From contig NZ_OZ243970.1 of assembly GCF_965214665.1 (NCBI RefSeq), positions 2,640,767 through 2,704,766 on the forward strand: 64,000 nt of DNA, written 5' to 3'. Position numbers and translations under genes: made by a program. Position 1 is the stretch's first letter. Each line of letters begins with the position of its first letter. The notes under the pieces are model-generated. The model was not told the DNA's origin. It made no database searches and saw only the letters and a program-made list of their open reading frames with translations. Positions 61,842-64,000 of this stretch are shown here, piece after piece. This DNA is from Neolewinella sp. (GTDB lineage: Bacteria; Bacteroidota; Bacteroidia; Chitinophagales; Saprospiraceae).

Positions 61842-62994
61842 CGATCACCAGTTTGCGTTCCTCCCGGTAGGCGTAGTCGGCGTAAGCTAGTAGTACGAGC
61901 ACGAATAGGTAGGTCACCTGTGACTTCTGGCGGATGGCGATACCCATGTTGGAGCTAATCTGGGCCAGGGCGATGCTGACCACAAAAAAGGTCGTCAGGG
62001 CCATCTTCACCATCCACGGAGCGGTGAGGATGAATTTGAGAAAGCGAGGACTAAAACAGCGTAGGAACAACATCAGGTAGATGAGATTTTCCACCGATAC
62101 GATCAGGCCCAGCGCGTTCGGCGAATCGATGAATAGCGGGCGAAACAGAAAGGTGAACAGCTTCATGGGCTGGGAATAATTGTCGATATCGACCGCCGAG
62201 TTAGCCGCCTTTAGGTCGGTGGTGCGCTTTTCCGACCACTCGGCAATGGCGTCAGCATCCGATGCATCCACCCCTACGTAGGCAAACGTTTGCTGGAACA
62301 GCGGTCCGAGTGCGGCCAGTGCGGTTAGCACGATAAGCCCCTTCTGCCACGATTTGATCCCCCTACTACTAAATACGGAAGCTAGTACGGCCGCCCCACA
62401 AATAGCGGCCATAATATGGGCCCGTACGTGGAGCACCAGGAACCCACCGATAAGGATCCAGATCAACCGCCGGCTGATGCCGTTCAGCCCGTAAAAGAGC
62501 ATACCCATACCCGCCAGTATCACCGATCCCTTTCCCAAAGACGCGCTGTAAAAGTGTGCGATGGGTAGAAAAAATAGCAGCACGATTACGTCAATACCCA
62601 AGATGCGGTGCTTAAAGGTGGTACGTTCCGCTACCAGCAGGTAAAAGTAGAAAAAGCCCACAAAACCAAAGAAGCCGAACAGGAACATAGTCGCTACGTA
62701 GCTGAAGTTCAGGCCCTGAATGAAGGGATAGGCTAAGAAGTTAATGAACGGCGTACCGAAGGTGAAGTAGTCCAGCCACTCCACCCCCGCCCAATCCGTA
62801 GCCGTATTCCGGTAGTACGCCTTGGAATCCGAGGGGTTAACTAGCGCCCACAGGTAGTAAACCAACGAGAAAAAGGTATGGTAGGCAAACAGGCCCCACA
62901 CCACACCTTTGGAGTGGCGCAGTTCCGCGGCGTGGCCATTGATCAGTAGCGCCGCGCCGAGTACGATGATGAAAAGGGAGAGTACTAGTGTCAT
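61834..62994 (-). CDS. Polytopic membrane protein, O-antigen polymerase (Wzy/EpsG)-like
   Basis: About 10 TM helices in the context of a glycan locus. Start at 62994 overlaps the upstream stop by 1 nt (TGATG). Confidence 0.5.
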   Translation of the reverse strand: MTLVLSLFIIVLGAALLINGHAAELRHSKGVVWGLFAYHTFFSLVYYLWALVNPSDSKAYYRNTATDWAGVEWLDYFTFGTPFINFLAYPFIQGLNFSYVATMFLFGFFGFVGFFYFYLLVAERTTFKHRILGIDVIVLLFFLPIAHFYSASLGKGSVILAGMGMLFYGLNGISRRLIWILIGGFLVLHVRAHIMAAICGAAVLASVFSSRGIKSWQKGLIVLTALAALGPLFQQTFAYVGVDASDADAIAEWSEKRTTDLKAANSAVDIDNYSQPMKLFTFLFRPLFIDSPNALGLIVSVENLIYLMLFLRCFSPRFLKFILTAPWMVKMALTTFFVVSIALAQISSNMGIAIRQKSQVTYLFVLVLLAYADYAYREERKLVIGE

Positions 62995-63935
62995 CAGAAA
63001 AGTTCTAGGTCCCCTAGGGTGTACCGCCACCTGGCCAGCACTACCGCTTGGGCTAGCTTCAGCCCCCTAAAGGTCAGCACGAGCCCCAGCGGAAGGGCGG
63101 GCAGAAAGTACCAGGGTAGCCAGCTGGCCGGGGCGCAGCTTACTACCGCGGGGCGTACACGGCGCAGTAGGCCCGCCAGACCGGCCCGGGCGTCTGCCTC
63201 CCTATCCTGCCTTACCGTAGCGTGCACGATACGTAGCTCCACCCCGACGCGCTGCCTGCGTAGGTAGTACACCAAGTAGTAAGCGCCGGAACCGGATAGT
63301 ACCGCATAGTCCCGCACGGGGCATTCTGCATAGCGCCACCGTAGAAAGTCCACCGCCGCCGGAGTGGTCCACCGGCCAGCCGGTGACTCCACCTCGTTCA
63401 GCCACTCCGGCACCTGATCGAATGCTGCGGCGTTCGGTACATCGGCTGGCTGGTCCGTAGTTGCCCCCCTACGTAACAGCGCGCGTAAGATCCTCAAGGG
63501 AGAGCGGGGAGCGATTCGCAGTGGCACCTTTCCGAGTTGCTGCCAGCCCATCTTCAGGTAGCCCGGTCGGCTCTGCGCGTTGGGGGTGTTGAAAATGAAG
63601 GCGTAGCCCTCGCGCTCGCACTGTTCTACCAGCTGCAGGGTCAGTTTCTTGAAAATGCCCCGGCCCCGGTAGTCCGGATGGGTGGCCGTATCCACGGCCC
63701 GCAGCGCGTGGTGCAGCGTCGTGCCATCCGCCCAGTCCCACCGCATGAAGGCCCTCACTCCCACTACCTGAGTATCCTCTACGGCCAGCAGTACCGGTGA
63801 GGGTCCGAAGGGATTGTGGACGTGCTTCCAGCGCCAGAAGGCTACGCTCTTTTCCGTACTACCGTCACCCAGGCTCAGGCGTAGCAGTGCGATGATGGCC
63901 TCCTCATCGGCCGGTGTGGCAAAACGAAAGGTCAT
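62994..63935 (-). CDS. GNAT family N-acetyltransferase
   Basis: VGVRAF...HPDYRGRGIFKKLTLQLVEQCEREGYAFIFNTPN (acetyl-CoA binding Q/RxxGxG/A motif). Confidence 0.7.
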   Translation of the reverse strand: MTFRFATPADEEAIIALLRLSLGDGSTEKSVAFWRWKHVHNPFGPSPVLLAVEDTQVVGVRAFMRWDWADGTTLHHALRAVDTATHPDYRGRGIFKKLTLQLVEQCEREGYAFIFNTPNAQSRPGYLKMGWQQLGKVPLRIAPRSPLRILRALLRRGATTDQPADVPNAAAFDQVPEWLNEVESPAGRWTTPAAVDFLRWRYAECPVRDYAVLSGSGAYYLVYYLRRQRVGVELRIVHATVRQDREADARAGLAGLLRRVRPAVVSCAPASWLPWYFLPALPLGLVLTFRGLKLAQAVVLARWRYTLGDLELF

Positions 63936-64000
63936 AGCAGTATCACTTGGTCGTAGATGCCCTCTAGCTCCCGGGCCATACGTTGCACACTAAAGTTTCG
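63932..64000 (-). CDS. 3' end of a gene truncated by the window edge (C-terminus resembles a glycosyltransferase)
   Basis: The minus-strand frame reads ...RNFSVQRMARELEGIYDQVILL*, with the TGA forming an ATGA overlap with the GNAT start codon. Confidence 0.35.
   Translation of the reverse strand, partial: RNFSVQRMARELEGIYDQVILL

Noticed and set aside
1-64000. A search for mobile elements, prophage remnants, toxin-antitoxin pairs, restriction-modification systems or known anti-phage defence genes
   Set aside because: I recognised no transposase, integrase, recombinase, phage structural, nuclease/helicase-type defence or cas motifs in any listed ORF. The low-GC segments (about 1-2500 and about 43.2-49.7 kb) lack flanking integrase or tRNA landmarks within the window.

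Overview
This is a 64-kb chromosomal segment from a GC-rich, Bacteroidota-like genome. The assignment rests on T9SS components, a SusC/SusD pair, T9SS C-terminal sorting domains and TAnnTTTG-type -7 boxes. I recognised no rRNA, tRNA, CRISPR array, transposase, integrase or prophage genes. All functional calls come from motif recognition by eye on the supplied translations, not from database searches.

Gene order, left to right:
1. Left edge: a 115-aa ORF encoding six exact copies of the octapeptide IVVEDIIM, followed by a 7-codon echo ORF. It is convergent with a low-GC, 519-aa all-helical protein that may carry an N-terminal HTH. This is my top candidate for an undescribed system (a multi-core precursor or pheromone-like polyprotein plus a receptor/regulator). 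The window edge truncates it, so any maturation genes upstream are not visible.
2. A T9SS PorP/SprF-like gene divergent from a PorU-like C25 peptidase.
3. SusC/SusD plus a large VCBS/FG-GAP lipoprotein.
4. A pirin gene bracketed by two direct copies of a composite palindromic repeat built from 16-19-bp TAGAC...CTGGT sub-units.
5. An NdpA-like nucleoid protein and assorted envelope genes (YraN, DUF58, NlpC/P60, DUF4174).
6. A light-sensing cluster: a degenerate phytochrome-like kinase, a receiver, a canonical-looking bacteriophytochrome, a second receiver, heme oxygenase and HemF.
7. A PorW/SprE-like TPR lipoprotein, an M23 peptidase, two back-to-back O-acyltransferase systems, an AspT-family transporter and a LamG adhesin with a T9SS type-B domain.
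8. A surface-glycan locus of about 19 kb with a complete pseudaminic acid pathway (pseB, pseC, pseF, fused pseG/pseH, pseI and a Pse-associated methylase), a Gtr-like GT2/DUF2304/polytopic-membrane trio, a flippase and several glycosyltransferases.

The many long antisense ORFs in the track are high-GC artefacts.
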